From assembly GCA_965153355.1 (NCBI GenBank), contig OZ231126.1, forward strand, positions 27,032,001-27,096,000: DNA of 64,000 nucleotides, in the 5' to 3' direction. Origin of the DNA: Flaccisagitta enflata. Its lineage: Eukaryota. Below are positions 1 through 12,218 of this stretch, one piece after another (the first letter of the stretch is position 1; every line of letters starts with the position of its first letter). The notes below the pieces were generated by a model. It saw only the letters and a program-made list of their open reading frames with translations. It searched no databases and had not been told where the DNA came from. Both the position numbers and the translations under genes were made by a program.

Positions 1-308
1 TTAAGCTTTTGTTTAAAAACTCAAAATTCATGTACAGTTAAACTTTGCAATAACGGACCCAAGAGTAACGGAAACTCAGCAGTAGCGGAAAGATACCATT
101 GGTCCCTGCCATTTCTTTTTTATTTCTTTGTAAGAAAAACTTGTTAGTATCGGCCTCTTCTGTATCGAAAAGTTCGTCTAATCCGCATGACCCCAGCGGT
201 CCGAAGGATGTTACTCCCTAGGCCAGTAACGGAAAATCGGCATCCATCAATGGCAATCGCCGATAAGCTAGTGGTGAAATTGACGGCATCAATTGGATTT
301 TACCGTCA

Positions 309-357
<49 letters not shown>

Positions 358-573
358 ATGACTGACGCACAACTCATTAAATTCCTCCATCTCCAACGAT
401 AGACATACGTATTGCATCTTACAAAAATGACTTCACCTAAGAATCGCCAAAAAAAGGAGATAATCGATCTTGTAAAAAAAAGGAAACCCGCGAACAGACA
501 TTAGTCGCTTTTTTGCCATCGCCTCTAGTACACTCTTTGACTTCATCAAAAATGTCTTTCGGTCTGATTATCT

Positions 574-816
574 TTTTAATTGCGGATACGCAACTCTTTA
601 GGAGAGGCTTTGTCCGTCCGTCCGTTGGTCCATTGGTCTGTTGGTCCATCGGTCCTTAACGATCGAGTCTAAAAGTGTTGTAATGCGCATTTATGATGCT
701 GCAGTCATGATTGTCTTTGTTTGCGAGTGAGCATGGGATGAGAGAGGGTATGTATGGGGGTTGTATGCCCCTGCCCACTGGTCCGCAATGGTATTGTAAA
801 CCTGCGTCGCTTGTTA
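574..816 (+). mobile_element. Short HINE/DINE-1-like non-autonomous Helentron
   Basis: Starts in a T-run with TTGCGGATACGCAACTCT, then a (GTCC/GTTG)n microsatellite, a 3' subterminal repeat GTCCGCAA and a CTTGTT end. Same layout as 58186-58323. Confidence 0.6.
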
Positions 817-1127
817 TCAGCCTATGGGGATTCGTTTGAATGTCAGTCTTTCTTACTGTTTTTCTATCTGTCTTTCATCCTGTCTTTCTGTCAGTCTGTC
901 ATTCTATCATTCTTTTCATTCTGTACTAAGTTATACCTATTTGTTTTTGTTGCTTCTCACATTATCTTTTTGTTAGAAGATGTGTGGTGTATTACTCCGT
1001 CAATACTTCGGTTATTCTTTGCTTAATCATGATCAAGAATAGTCAAATTGGCAACACCGGAATTTGGCACAACCGGAAAAAAAACAGTTAGTCCCTTGAG
1101 ATCCGTTATTGCGGGGTTCCACTGTAT

Positions 1128-1790
1128 ATCTTTCAGAGTATTCGGTAGACTATTCCATTGCTTGATAGCCGTAAATGCGAAGCTACTAGGTGAAAGAGAT
1201 AGTTCCCGTGACAGTTGGAAATTGTGGTTACTACCGCTTGTATCGTGAGAGTGGATAGTAGAGATAGACCGAAAATTTGGGAGCAAATAAGTTGGAGCCA
1301 GATTACGCCAAATACGAAAGAAGTGCGACATTCTGAAATATTTTACACGATCAGAAATAGACAACCAGGACAATTCCTTCAAATGCTTCCCATCAACATG
1401 ACCCCGAAAATCCATGCCATAAATGAAACGTATCATCTTCCGCTGTATGACATTTAGTCGTTCCTTCAATGCTACAGTGAGCCTGCCATGCCAAGAACTA
1501 CAGTAATAATCAATACTAGGCTGGATAAGAGAAGGCACAAAGAGTCTTTCTTGACTTTGCATCCAAGAAACTCGAACAGCGATAGAGATTAGCAAGTTTT
1601 CCCGCACATGCTTTCATAAGACTACCTGCATGTGCCAATCCATCAAGATGAGAATCTAACATTGCACCAAGATATTTAACGCTAGAAGTGCGCACAACAA
1701 GTGTCCCATCGCAAAAGACCTGAAAATTTTCCACCCCCCTCAATTTTCTCTTTGAACCAAAGAGTAGGGAAGTCAACTTGGGTTGGTTCC
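1128..1790 (-). mobile_element. 5'-truncated, frameshifted CR1-group (L2/Crack-like) LINE ORF2 C-terminus
   Basis: Joined frames read VKYLGAMLDSHL...LYRCSSFLDAKSRKTLC / SLIQPSIDYYCSSW...LNVIQRKMIRFI...LKELSWLSISDR...APTYL...SFAFTAIKQWNSLP, the typical post-RT region of L2/CR1-type LINEs. Frameshift near 1530. Confidence 0.8.
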
Positions 1791-2489
1791 TCGAAAGTGC
1801 GAGAGAAAAGGCTATGTCGGAATTTTTTCCATGCATAAGAATAGATCCCATGCAACAAATATGGAAGAATATTGTCCAAATGCACTGAATTTCATTCATT
1901 TTTGGCCAAAATCATGTCTGGGTGACTTTTTTCTTCAAAAAAATTGTGCGAAAAATCTAAGAAATAGGGAAGCTTAGAAGAAAGGGTTATTATGGCTCAA
2001 CCTGGGCGAAGTGAGGTAACGTGAGCTACCTGTTATATCCCCAGAGTATGACCAATTCAAATAGAATAAAGAAAGATCCTGGGCCCGCTGTTTCTCAGTT
2101 GGGCCTGCTAAATTTTTGAGGAGCGGGCCCGACTGGCCCGCTCAAAAAAATGACTAAGAAAAGGCCTGATCATTGGTGATCATCATACCTAGTTCAAAGA
2201 GAATGACGAAATGACTAAATGTATTTGACAGTATGTAAATTTATGTACTAAATGTATTTGGCAATTAGGCTGATCAATGGAACGACACAATATGTCATCC
2301 TAACACATATGCGACACATTGCATCAGAAGCAACAATTATAAATTGCCCTGAAAAACCGGAGACGGCACAGTGTCTTATGTATGTCATCCCTAAGCAATT
2401 TGGCAAAAGTCACAAATATCCAAATTTTTTGCTTTAAACTAATCACATATATTGCATAGAAGTCAAAAAAAGTTATACTTATAGAGCAC

Positions 2490-4372
2490 TTTCGGTAAAG
2501 AATTGACCACGCAGTGCCGTAAAATGCAGTATAATGCCGTAATAATAGCATTTTTGCCAGTTTTTCAGGTTGTTAATGTTACAAATAAGTTGTTATGGTT
2601 GGCAAACGGTCATACAGTAACTGCGTGGCTCTGAGATATCCTCATACCAAAAATTGAGTGAAGCCGTCATCATTCAGCATCATTTTTTGCCATAAAATGC
2701 AGTAAGAATGGCTATTTTCACACTTTTTTAGGTCGTTATTGTTTTAAAACAGCTGTAATAGGTGGCAAAGGGTCAAACACTAATGGTTTGGCTCTGGGAC
2801 ATACTCATGCCAAAAATTAAGTGGAGCCGTTGTCATTCAGTGTCATTTTTTGCCGTAAAATGCCGTAAAAATGGCTATTTTCACACTTTTTAGGTTGTTA
2901 ATGCTTTAAAACAGCTGTAACAGGTGGCAAAGGGTCAAATACTAATGGTTTGACACTGGGACATACTCTTGCCAAAAATTGAGTGGAACTGTTGTCATTC
3001 AGTGTCATTTTTTGCCGTAAAATGCCCTAAAAATGGCTATTTTCACACATTTTTAGGTCGTTATTGCTTTAAAACAGCTGTAATAGGTGACAAAGGGTCA
3101 AACACTAATGGTTTGGCTCTGGGACATACTCTTGCCAAAAATTGAGTGGAGCCGTCATCATTCAGTGTCATTTTTTGCCATAAAATGCCGTAAAAATGGC
3201 TATTTTCACATGTTTTTAAGTCGTAAATGTTTTAAAACAGCTGTAACAGGTGGCAAAGGGTCAAACACTAATGGTTTGGCTCTGGGACATACTCTTGCTA
3301 AAAATTGAGTGGAGTCGTCGTCATTCAGTGTCATTTTTAGCCGTAAAATGCCGTAAAAATGGCTATTTTTACACTTTTTTAAGTCATAAATGTTTTAAAA
3401 CAGCTGTAACAGGTGGCAAAGGGTCAAACATTAATAGTTTGGCTCTGGGACATATTCTTACTAAAAATCGCATAAAGCCGTTGTCATTCAGTGTCATTTT
3501 TTGCCATAAAATACTGTAAAAATTGTTATTTTCACACTTTTTAGGCTGTTAATGTTTTAAAGCAGCGGTAATAGGAGGCAAAGGGTCAAACACTAATGGT
3601 TTGGCTCTGGGATATACTCTTGCCAAATATTGAGTGGAGCCGTTGTCATTCAGTGTCATTTTTTCCCGTAAAATGCCGTAAAAATAGCTATTTTCACACT
3701 TTTTTTGGGTAGCGGTCTCAAGGGGCTGATGTCCTGTAGGACACAGGGGGGAATTTCCAGACGTCCGTCCTTCCATCCATCTTAACGTCCGTCCTTCCCT
3801 CTCCCCCCCTGTTGGCCATCAAGGTCTTGAATCCTCTCAGGCCTGATTTATCAGCTCTCCAGGCCTCAAATCAGCTCTCCAGGACTAAATTCAGCTCTCA
3901 AGGCCTCAAATCAGCTCTCCAGGCGTCAAATCTGTCCTCCAGACCTCAAATTTGTGTTCCAGGCCTCAAATCTGCCCCTCAGGCCTCAGGCCTGCCCCCA
4001 GACCTCAAATGTAATCTTCAGGCCTAAAATCTTTCCCCCAGACCTCAAATCCCGCTTCAATTAGCTCTTGGGCCTGATACATTAACCCTCAGGACGTCTG
4101 GAAATTCGCCCCTGTGTCCTACAGGACATTGGCCCTTTGGGGCCGCTGCCCTGTTCTTACTCCACTACTTCATCTGATCACTCCAAGCACGGCATCGGGT
4201 ACCGCTGACCATGTGCGATCCTTACATGACTAGTTTAGGTTGTTAATGTTTTAAAACAGCTGTAATAGGTGGCAAAGGGTCAAACACTAATGGTTTGGCT
4301 CTGGGACATACTCTTGCCAATTATTGAGTGGAGCCGTTGTCATTCAGTGTCATTTTTTGCAGTAAAATACCC
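2490..4372. repeat. 162-163 bp tandem satellite, about 8 units, interrupted by a HINE
   Basis: AAAACAGCTGTAAYAGGTGGCAAAGGGTCAAACACTAATGG recurs at 2746, 2908, 3071, 3234, 3397 and ~3558, then resumes after 4234. Confidence 0.9.
3707..4233 (+). mobile_element. HINE family A (long subterminal inverted repeat, central 21-bp repeats)
   Basis: 5' GGG(C/T)AGCGG...GATGTCCTGTAGGACACAGGGGG is inverted at ~4095-4151. GTCC microsatellite, degenerate 21-mers, tail ending GACTAG-TT, inserted in a T-run. Confidence 0.75.
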
Positions 4373-4526
4373 ATTCATCCGCGACGATATTGTAACACTA
4401 GCTACATAGACTAGTTTTTTCCATTAATGAAAATTAATTGTATTGGATTATCACACCTCTTTGGATAACCCCCCCAAGAGGAATGAAAAGACCATTGTGT
4501 CATTTGTCATCAGGAACATGTGAGAT

Positions 4527-5960
4527 ACTAAAAAATAAAAAAACAAATAAATTCATCCTAAATATTTTCATTTATACAACTTTTTTGATAGAAAACATTT
4601 TTTTAGCATAATTGTTTCTGCAGCTTTGAAAATTCTAATGAATACTAAAAATGTGAGGCAATAGTTTGAATATACACATTTTAACCCTTCACAACATGTT
4701 AGAGCTTAAAAATAGCACAACAAGTTAGAGCTTAAAAATAGCTTAAAAATGATAAAATATTGTTTTTTTTAGCATTTTTGATCTTTAAACTTTGAAAAAT
4801 CCCAAACAACTGGTTGTTATGGGTAAAAGAATCTTTACTCAAAGTATGTCTGCTAGACCCATTTTTTCCCAAGACTTTTCTAGCTAGAAAGCATAGTACA
4901 GCGCCATATTGTCAAAAAGTCTATCTGCTACCATGATGTAAAAAGAAAAAAACAATTTTCAAAATTCTTGGCTTGATTCTCGAACGTTAAAATTCGCAAA
5001 AAATATAAAAAAACCAAAATTTTAAAACGAAAATGTTTGAAATCCGATTGCAGATTCAGTTTCCTCATAAAAAAGTAGGTACACAAAGTGTAATTCTTTT
5101 TTTCAAATACTGATGTGAACATGATGGAAAATCTATTTTAAATTCAAATAAGCGAACAAAAGAACAATTTCACACTTTTCATTGATTTTTTTAATATTTG
5201 AAAGGTTCCACTAAAAATATCAAAAAAAGAAGAGCACTTTCTTTTCATACTTTTTCGCAAAGAATCAGAATCTGCAATCAGATTTCAAAAATTCTGATTT
5301 TGAAATTTTGATTTTTTTATACTTTTTGCCGATTTTGACGTTCGGGAATCAAGCCAAAAATTTTGAAAATTGTTTTTTTCTTTTTACAATATGATAGCAG
5401 ATGGACTTAGCAACGATATGGCACTGTACTATGTTTTCTAGCTACAAAAGTCTAAAAAATGGGTCTAATGTCTGCACATTATCAGGATTTTATTGGATAA
5501 ATACAGCTGCATGACAATTTTTTTGTTCAAAAATGCTAAAAAAAGTCATATTTTGTTATTGTAAAGCTAATTTTAGGCTCTAAACCCAAAACTATCATGA
5601 AAAACTGGTTATTCCGGGCATAAGTATTTATATTCCGACAAAAACTATACATTTCTAGAATTCTTTTGGAGTTACCATGCTGCATTAACAAGAAAAAACT
5701 TAAAAACGCTGAAAAAAACAATATTTTGCTATTTTAGGCTATTTTTAAGCTCTTATCTAAAAAGTTTGTAAAAAAAATTGTTGTTATAGGTAGAAATGTG
5801 TATATTCAGACTATTGCCACACATATCCAGGATTCATGGGGATTTTTGAAGCTACATGAACAATTCTATACCAAAAAAATGCTAAAAATTACCTTTTTTT
5901 TTACCTAAAAAGTGCTATAAACGAAATAATTTGAGATGAATTTTTTTGTTTTTTTGTTTT
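4527..5960. mobile_element. Foldback/MITE-like long imperfect inverted repeat
   Basis: 4850-5065 is the reverse complement of ~5265-5470 (e.g. CTTGGCTTGATTCTCGAACG vs CGTTCGGGAATCAAGCCAA). Outer segment 4530-4830 mirrors 5600-5960. Confidence 0.7.
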
Positions 5961-6382
5961 GTTTAAAATATGGAGATAACTGAACTGATAATTAGCCATT
6001 TTTGACTTTTCCAAAAATTTTGGATGATTTCACCCAAAATCATGTTTTTTTTTAGTATAGTATTTTGGCGAGTATCATCGATTCGATCGTCTATAGCATA
6101 TGCAAATAGTATCTAGGGTCAGTGACAACCCTCATGCAAAATTTGGAGACAATTGGAGCAAAACAGCAAAAAAAAGAAACGTTTTTTAGGTCAGTTGGGC
6201 TGGTATGCATATTAAAAAGAATTTCAACTGTTGGTTTTGGAAACACCATGTCAGGGTAGTTTTATTCCTAAAAATTTATGGAGTCAGCTAAATTTTGGTT
6301 GTAGATATTCAAATTTGATTTTTGTCATTTTTGATATTCTGGCAAATCTGGTCAAAGTCCGCCCGAGTCTGGGTATTTTGAC

Positions 6383-6518
6383 TAGGGATGTGGAAGCGAT
6401 TGACCGCTTCCAATTTGGAGGATGGGATAGCTACTAGTATTTGAACTGTAAAATGGAAGCGGAAGCGGAAGCGGAAGCGGTGGAAGCGGCATGAAAACCG
6501 ACCGCTTCCACATCCCTA
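6383..6518. mobile_element. hAT-type MITE (136 bp)
   Basis: TIRs TAGGGATGTGGAAGCG / CGCTTCCACATCCCTA; perfect 8-bp TSD ATTTTGAC at 6375-6382 and 6519-6526. Confidence 0.9.
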
Positions 6519-9500
6519 ATTTTGACAGTGGTCCTGGAAACTACCCTAATAGGGCTATCAAATTGTGAAAAAAAATTCATGGGGTTTTCTGGGGTAATAT
6601 AGGTTTCAGATCCATCTTTGTGCCTATTTTGTGTTGAAAAAGATGAAAAAGTGTACTTCTTTGTTAGGGTTGTTCCAAGGGCTCGGCTTGGAGGACAAAC
6701 AACAACAAATGTTCTTGTTTCGGCCCTTGTTTCGGATTGTACAAATGTTTTAGCCAAATGCCGAAGTATACTTCAGAAGGTTTTGTTACTTAAATCAAGT
6801 TGATTTTGATGATTTATCAGAAACAATTGCGGAAAATAAATGTTCTGTCGATGAAAGAGAGAGAGAGAGAGACGAGACAGAGACACACACACCCACACAC
6901 ACTCACACACACTCTCACACACAAACACACACTCTCACACAAACACACACTCTCACACAAACACACGCACACACAAACTCACACACACACTCTCACACAA
7001 ACACACTCTCACACAAACGAGCGAGCAAACGCGCGCGCAAGCGAGCGAGAGAGTGGAAACATCGAGCAAGGTTTTCTGTCAGACGTCTCGAAATTCACCC
7101 ATGTTCTACAGGGCATCGGGTACCGCTGACCATGTGCGATACGTGGATGACTAGTTTATCACCACCCCTTCCCACTCGCACACGACTCCAGTAGCGGTGT
7201 ATTCAGCCTTGTCAAAATCAGCTATTTTCTGAGCTTATTCATGATTAGATGTTTTGAATGAATGCGCTATCGACCGACGAACCAACGGACAAAGCCTATT
7301 AAAGAGAAGCAAGGACGTCTAAAAATGACAAAAAATGATGTAGAATATCCCCAAATGAGTAAAAGCACATGGATTAACTGTGAATTGATAAAAATTACAA
7401 AATCTACTAAGATAACAAAATTAACTAAAATGACTATGACTTGGAATGACTTAGTTTAACATGACTAAAAGAAAAAAAATTGATTAAATCGAAAGTGTGA
7501 CAGATTGATCAAATCAAAAGTGCGACAGAGAGATAACAAGGCCAAGTAGGCCAACGATGCGTCCTCTTTGAATGAATGTTTTTTATGAATGAATGTTTTT
7601 TATGAATGAATGTCATTTGTGAATGAATAAATGATTTAATGAATGAATTACTTGTTGTTTGCTTCTTTTACTGGATTAGAACCACTTTTCTGATGAAAAT
7701 ATGCTTTATTTTGATGTTTTTAATCAATGCGTTACCAACCAACCAACAGACCAACCGAGGGACACATTATAGAGATGCGAGGACGCATCTAAAAAGACAG
7801 CTGGACGGACAAAGCAAGGTTGTGTTCACGCAACTGAAAACAGCATCTTTAATTCTGGGAAAACATATACACAGAAGCAAAGATGTCAGGACGCGTTTCC
7901 CGCTGCGTCGCCGCTGCGTAAAACGCTTCAGTGACAAATGTGTGCGTATGTGTGTGAATGTGTGTGTGTGGTGCGCGTATTAACTAGTCAGTGAGGCTTC
8001 ACAAGGCCCTCTTTCATTTACACTTCAGACGGAGGAGGAGGAGGAGGAGGAGAAGGAGGCTCAGTTACGGTATAGCGAGGGATATTGTTCCACCTATCAT
8101 AAAGAGAACAAGAACATTCTTGACATTCGGCTTACATTCGTACAAGGGTAAATAAACCTCGGCTTACATTCGTACAAGGGTAAAAATCACCCTTGGAACA
8201 CCCCTATTCTTTGTTTATTGCGACTAGGATACTAAACTATGAGGGATTTTTTTTTCAGATATCCGTAGAGCCGCTCAAGACCGAGGCAGCAAAAAAATCT
8301 GCATGTCAAAAATGCAATTTTTAGAGCTACAGCGGCCGATTTTGTGACAACAATTCATGACGAAAAAGGTCGAAATTTTAACCCCCCAAAAAAGTTGATT
8401 TTCAACTTTGCAGAGCTCGTAGCGCCACGTTAGTCGGAAAAAAAGTTGAAAATCATTTGTTTGGTCTTAGTTTACGTGTTACCTGGCCATGAAAAAAAAA
8501 TTAACGCCAAAATATCAATTTTGATTTTTGACCCCCCAAAGTTAGCCCTGATGACGCTTTTCATCAAGATACGACAGGGTGGACCGGAAACCAGAAACCG
8601 CGGTTTCAGCGTCAACCGGAAACGGAAATTGCATGGCGATTAGGGGGTGCGTTGAAATAGCTTCGAAATTGTGGCAATAATACTCTGTTACAAGGCTCTA
8701 CTGGTAGCTAGGGTACCTCTTTTAGTAGCTAAATCTGGAAGGTTAGTAGCTAAGTTGTTATCAGAGGCTGGAAATTCTAACTAATAAAATACTGAAAGAA
8801 TGCTTTCAAATGAGACCAATCCCAGAGTTTTTTTTTACCAATTAGAAGAGAAATTATGATTTTTTAAAGATTTAAATATTTCATTAAATTGGGCCTTTTT
8901 TTTCTCCTCAAAATCACATCCTTCAATGACGGAGTGCCAAGATGAAGTCCAAATCAATTTTGCAAGTAGAATAAGCTCTAACTATGCAATTGGAACATGT
9001 GCTTGGCAATAATGTTTCATTTGAATGCCCAAATTGAGCTCACTCTAGTCCACAGTTTCTTAAAACTGTACAGTACAGTACAGTATTTTGCCAGTTTTGT
9101 ACAGTACAGTACAGTATTTTGCCAGTTTTGTCATTTCTTTTTTAACTTTTTTTTTTTTATCTTATTGTAAAGACATGAAGTTTGCTTTTGGCAGTGTCGG
9201 TTGTTAGCACCTGCTAGGCCAGAGCAAGTGTTAGAGATTGACCTTAGATTCGGAATCTGAGTCCGTGAGAATTTTCCGATTTCTCTTTTAAATGCAGCCG
9301 GTCTAGAGGGACTAACGACATGAGCTTGAGGTCTAATTAATCAGCTTGAATTTGGTCCTGAGAGATACCTTGGTGTATGCACATAACTTTGTTGATCTCA
9401 TTGACCAAAATTTGGAACATCTTAGGGGCCCCTGAGGGCCCCCAAAAAGCCCTTAATGAGGACTTTTTTTCTGAAAAAAAGTGGGGTGGAATCGATAGGA

Positions 9501-10355
9501 AATTGTTTGATTTGCCTAGATCCAAAATCTTGTGTTTTCACTTTTTTAAAAAAAAACTTAAAAAATTTTTGTGTCGCGCGTCGGGGACTTAAAAAAAAAT
9601 CACAAAATATTTCTTTGAAAAATAGTTTTTAAAAGTAGGGTGCAATCATTAGGAAATTGTTTGATTCGCCTGGATCCAAAATCTTATATTTTAACTTTTT
9701 TTCAGAAAACTTTAAAAAATTTTGTCGCGCATCGGGGACCTAATAAACAAGGCCGGATACACGGCTACCCCAGTCGCGTGTGGGTGGGCAGGGGCTGTAT
9801 TTGAGGTCACTTAATCATTTGGGCAGGAGTAGTGCAGCTGGGAGAATGCAGAGTTAGTGATATTAACACATGGTATTGTGAAATCAGCGACTTTGCTAAT
9901 TTCACCAATGGCTTTTAACATAGAAAACATAGGAAAAAAATGTTCTAGCCCATTTTTCTCAGAATACGTCATCTTCAAATTTCTTCATTTTTTCCTCAAA
10001 TGTTGCCCAAAGGGTGAGGACCTTTTGGGGAAAAAAAGTTGGGATACTCCTCTTCTCATAACATGGAAAAACAGGGATGAAATATTTTTGTGTTAAAGTT
10101 GCTAATTTCACAACCATTTGAAAACCCCTTCTTTCAATGTTGTTAATGTTGCTGATTTTTACAACTCTCCAAGGTGCTAATTTTAACAACTTTTCCTACT
10201 TTTGACCCTTTAATGTCATATTATTGACTCTTATATCACGATCCCGGCTAAGGCGGCTATAATTGTCCAATACATGGTCACAAATGGCCATCACACAAGC
10301 TGCATATGTCATCATGCAGTAGGATTGCTATTTCATATCTTACCTTTAACATCAC

Positions 10356-10687
10356 CAGGGTGGCAGAAAATTCTATAGGTCCAAGGCACAAGTTTTCGCA
10401 GCGCTCTTAGTCCGACTTTTAAAGATCAACTATTATTATGAAAATATTGCATACAACTACTAGTTTTTTGCATTTTTCTATTCAATTCATGGAAACTAAG
10501 AGTTCCCACAACAAAAGTAAAAATAATCAAAACTAATACCCTATTTATTCTTCTGAATTTTTTATTTTCCGCCTACTTTGTTTTTCTTTTCACCAATTTT
10601 TTTCTATTATCAAATCTATAAGTCCGATTTTTGTGCTATAGTTCCGAGGCACAATGTGCCAAGTGTGCCCCTGTTTCTGCCACCCTG
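10356..10687. mobile_element. hAT-type MITE (332 bp)
   Basis: TIR CAGGGTGGCAGAAA; 8-bp TSD AACATCAC at 10348-10355 and 10688-10695. The opposite arm of the host element (~13050-13090) shows the empty site. Confidence 0.9.
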
Positions 10688-11573
10688 AACATCACATTAC
10701 CACAGTAAATGCCTTTCATTGACAAAATACGATGGTGAAAGATGATTTTTAATGATGATGTTCAATTTTAGGCTCAAATGCAAAAAAAGTGATTTTTTGT
10801 CTTTACCATATCAGGTCATCAGCCTGATATGGTGGGTTATGTTAAGTTTTTACTCAGAGATGCCATATATCTTGAATTATTCACTTATTGTCTCTTAAAA
10901 GAGTATAGATTGACATTTTTTTCAATCAAAATTTCATAAAAATTGGTCAAGTAGTATAGATTTTGTATATATTTAAAGAAAAAACTTTCTTTCTGCCACT
11001 TCTTTTTTTAATGTGAAAATGGTGGAACAGTGTTTTTTCCCATTCTCTCATTTTGCAATATTTTGAGCCAGAGATGCAAGATTAGTTTTGAACAAAAGAT
11101 GATTTGACAAGTTTATGAAACTGCATCTAATATTTTTTTCACTCTAGACCATGTTCACAGCTCAAACTGATAGCCCATTAAGTCTACATAGTCTTTTTTT
11201 GCTCTCTTTCACAATTTTCATTGAAAATTATTGTCATTGATAGTTTTAAGTTTTTATTTCAAAGACTTGTAAAATCTAAACTACTTCACCAATTTTGATT
11301 AAATCTTTCAGATATATGACATCTAAGATCTAAGATCTATGACATCTAAGATATATGACATCTCTGAGTAAAAGCTGAACAGAATCTGGCATTTCATGCA
11401 GATGACCCAATAGTAACAGCCTCTCATTGACAAAATAGGCTGATGACGGGTGTTTTTGGGCAGAGACCCCAAAGGCAATGAAGTCCTGTAGAACACAGGG
11501 GGAATCTGTCTATCCATCTGTACATCCATCCATCTGTCCATACATTCGTCGGCCATTCCATATGTATGTAGGT

Positions 11574-12218
11574 TAGCTTGTACCGAAATGACAATAAACA
11601 ATAAAATCAGGATTCTGCAAGTAGTTCTTGTTGTGGGGCTGTCTTGGGCTTCTAATGACATCAATTGCAGTTTGAAAATTTTGCATCTTGCTGGCCGCGC
11701 CTTACCATGAAATTTCCTTTAGCCTATAGGAAACCAAAAAATTCAAGTTACTAAAATCCCATTTTTGACTGCATATTTGAAATCTGCATGAAAAACTTGT
11801 AATTGAAAGTGCTTTTCTTTTTTCAAAATTCCTTCGGGATCATAGTCAAAATTTAACTTGAAGATATGACAAAAAGGTAAGTTCGGCGATTTTACAAAGA
11901 AATTAAAGAGAAAGGTAAGTTTTGCAAACTTCAACGCTTATTTTAAGCACCTTCTAGTACGAATTTTGAAAAAAGGAAAGCACTTTCAATTAACAGTTTA
12001 TTCTGCAGATTTCAAATCTGCAGTCAAAACAGACATTTAAGCATTTTGAAATTGTTGGTTCCCCATATAGGTAGGTTTTACCAAAGGTAAGACGCGGAAA
12101 GCTTATAGTAGGATTCTAGTGACAAAACTGATCTTAACAGGAGCCCAAGACAGCCCCACAGTATAAAGTGCATGTAGAATACCAAATTTATCACTTTGCG
12201 TCATTTAGGTACAAGCTA
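11574..12218. mobile_element. hAT-type long-TIR MITE, copy 1
   Basis: TAGCTTGTAC...GTACAAGCTA termini, ~250-bp imperfect arms, 8-bp TSD ATGTAGGT. Inserted in a HINE-A copy that starts ~11456. Confidence 0.85.
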
